Source: Dudresnaya verticillata (taxonomy: Eukaryota). From it: DNA of 64,000 bases. Numbering within the stretch: the stretch's first letter is position 1; each line of letters starts with the position of its first letter. The translations under genes were made by a program, and so were the position numbers. Below are positions 61,635 to 64,000 of this stretch, piece after piece. The stretch covers positions 496,001 through 560,000 of the forward strand of contig OZ374557.1 of NCBI GenBank assembly GCA_977862235.1, read 5' to 3'. The notes under the pieces were generated by a model. It was not told the origin of the DNA and ran no database searches. It saw only the letters and a list, made by a program, of their open reading frames with translations.

Positions 61635-62521
61635 TTAACCGTTGCACTCGGGGAGAGAAGGTAGCGATCTTAACACGGAAGAGAGCGTTCTCTTGTATCT
61701 TGACGATGCCATTCGTGACGACCACTTGCTGACGGTCGTAGAGGCGTTGGAAGGAATCCAAGAAGTGGGTTCCGTTGGCGGTGCAGGAAACCGCTACCCA
61801 GGTTTCAGAACCGGGCTGTAAGTTAGTTTTTTGAACAACGCGTACGAGGCGCGACGTAGTTAGTGGAGGGACCTCCATGGGTTCGCCACAGCGTGTGGCT
61901 CTCGGGATTCCGCATCTTCGTCGCAGAATGGGATGTACCGAACCGTCACTTAAGACTACGTGTTGCGTACGCACTCGAAGTTGTTCGACGTGGCTATCGA
62001 TATAGGTGCATCCTAGTATCATATCGACGGCTAGCGCCGAAACCACGACGAATGGTTGACGGACCGTGTAGATTCCAATCCTGACGACGAGGGAGATCAT
62101 TCCTAATGTTGGTAAGCGGTGGCTTGATGCCGAGGTGAGGTTGACGATCGACTGGGTCGAGGAAACCTTCTTCCGGTAGTCCAAAGAGAGCACGTCAGCT
62201 CTGATGTGATTGGGGCCTGCGCCCGTGTCCAGAACTGAAAGTACTTGAGTCATATTTTCAACAGAGGTCCCAACGGACGTGACAACGTTATAGTTGTATC
62301 TCGATAGCGCGCACACTGGGTCCTTAATGTACTCATCATACTTGCACCCGGGGGGTAAGCCCACGGGGCGTGCTAAAACCTTCTTTGGAAGAGGAAGCTG
62401 GAGTTCCCGTGAGACCGATCATTCGGGTGAGGGAGGGCATAGTAAATGGCATTCCTCGGAGCGATCGGGGGGTTCCGATACGACTGGAGTTGCCCAGTGG
62501 ACCGAAACCGGTTCCCCCTTG
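61635..62521 (-). pseudogene. pol: pol of E, 5' part (protease and spacer)
   Basis: LDTGAGPN, MILGCTYID. Closely parallels the F protease ORF at 52223. Confidence 0.92.
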
Positions 62522-62702
62522 CTAGTTTTTCGGCCTAGTCAACCCTTGGAAGGGCCTGAGGCGACGACGTCTGCTCCGGACCCTAGTGGTGAGGATGCGA
62601 GGGATGGGACCGAGCCAGGCGGCGACGTCACGAAGGATCCCATGTTCGCATGGCTCATGCGTTAACCATTCGCCGACTGGGTCCCACCATAGGTGTAGTT
62701 GA

Positions 62703-63715
62703 AGCGGCTTATCCGCGTGAAAATGTTCGTTGCTTGTCAAAGTAAGTAAAGCCAGTCCCCCTTTGACCAAACATTCTCCCCTTTGCCCTTAGTTAGCGTA
62801 GTTGATGATACTGTACGACCCGAGCGAGGTGGGCGCGTGTGCCAAGAGCAGTTGAAGTGGGTGGTCCGCGCATAGATTGTCGTTGCTTGGAAACACCCAC
62901 TCGACTCACGTACTAGGTTAGCGTGCCGCGTCTCCCGGTACCATGAGACGTATGGTTATAGGAACACCCGAGGAAGTTGACCTGCGTGGAGTTACTCGTC
63001 GATTTTCAACGTGGGGTGGTCGAACACCTTGACGTAGAACCCGGCTGCAGGACACGCGGTTGGGTTGGAATGTATTAGCTAATAGCTTAGCACTAGCGCT
63101 AGCCACAACAGATCTCCGCTTCATAACAGTAGTCAGAGCGGCTCATCTGCGTGTTGATATTCGTTGATTCACAACGTCGCCTTGTCTTGCTTGCCATAGC
63201 CGGCGAAGGTTTTCCCATTTGCGTAGCAGCGGTCTTTGTGAGACGTCACAGTAACAATTGTCGTCATAAGCCATGGTCGATTATTCATCTTGTGTCAATG
63301 TTATTAAGATCAAGGCCTCTTAGCGCAAGGTCTCACTCGCCCCGTAGATGATCTTGGCCTCACGAAGGGTGCCATTACGGCACCGCATTAGCGGTGGTCG
63401 AAGCGGTTCGACCGCGTTAAAGTCCGTTGTTGGGCAACGTATGGGAGTCACTTCCGGGCCCCGTTGGGCGGTAAACAGTGTATTTGCGTCGTGGGGTATG
63501 CCCCTATCGGAGTTCGCACGGGGCGTAGTAACAACAGTCATGATGAGAGCGGTCTATCCGCGTGATGATGTTCGTTGGTAGACAACCTGAGTCGGACCAG
63601 ACGCCTTAGCTTAAAACTTCGCCTCGTGCCATAGCTGGCGTTAGCTCCCGCCACCGGGGATCCTTCGCGCGATGATATTGGTCGTAGCGGTTCATCCGCA
63701 TAATGATACTTGCTG
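62703..63715. repeat. Dispersed array of five ~30-bp repeats with an AGCGG-N5-CCGC core
   Basis: Copies start at 62703, 63137, 63402, 63548 and 63686. Confidence 0.65.
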
Positions 63716-64000
63716 ATCCACAACGTCGTTTCATCCTTCCTATCGTAGGGAGCTTCGGCCGGCCTCAGCATAATGTTGCGTGTTCGCAACGCGCACTGAT
63801 GAGAGCCGAGGTGGTGGGCCACGGTTTGCTATTAGTTGTGATCCAACGCGTTAGAACTGCTCTCGTCACTTGTGCTGCCGCTGTAACCCACTCCTGTTGA
63901 GGTACCTCAACCCACCATGGCGCGGTGCAAGTCGTTGGACGTTCCCGTTCTAGCCCTACGGCAATAGCGCAGGACCTGGCTGCGAGGTAGGTTTCGATAG

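Larger units (their letters stand above)
39202..62650 (-). mobile_element. Gypsy element E (minus strand), 5'-truncated within gag, interrupted by F and a solo LTR
   Basis: 3' LTR, PPT at 40108-40120, antisense gene, and pol continuous across the F insertion. The 5' boundary is approximate. Confidence 0.9.

Overview
Eukaryotic, transposon-dense window. The element types suggest a red alga, but that is inference only. It is a nest of mostly decayed mobile elements. Chromodomain Ty3/Gypsy LTR retrotransposons: three complete with LTR pairs and 5-bp TSDs (B 6443-16310, A 21014-31263, F 48199-61629), one minus-strand element (E, 39202 to about 62650) split by F and by a 237-bp solo LTR, a near-identical partial copy of A (1-3438), and a 3' remnant (C, 3439-6348). 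Also present: a DIRS-type tyrosine-recombinase retrotransposon (about 17951-32439) whose recombinase gene is split by A, a Mutator-like transposase pseudogene, and one apparently intact host gene (C2H2 zinc finger, 37671-38588, minus). The main observation is that four Gypsy elements (B, C, E, F) carry homologues of the same uncharacterised ~750-aa gene, antisense to pol. In E and F it ends in SUMO-acceptor, Arg-rich and SUMO-interacting-like motifs, and it has conserved upstream repeats, a 3' hairpin and a downstream tandem array. This looks like a dedicated accessory module, possibly anti-silencing. Also notable: two different gag-pol recoding signals, a shared PBS, an atypical DIRS terminal structure, and a dispersed palindromic repeat array at the right end. 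All alignments were done by eye and no database searches were run.
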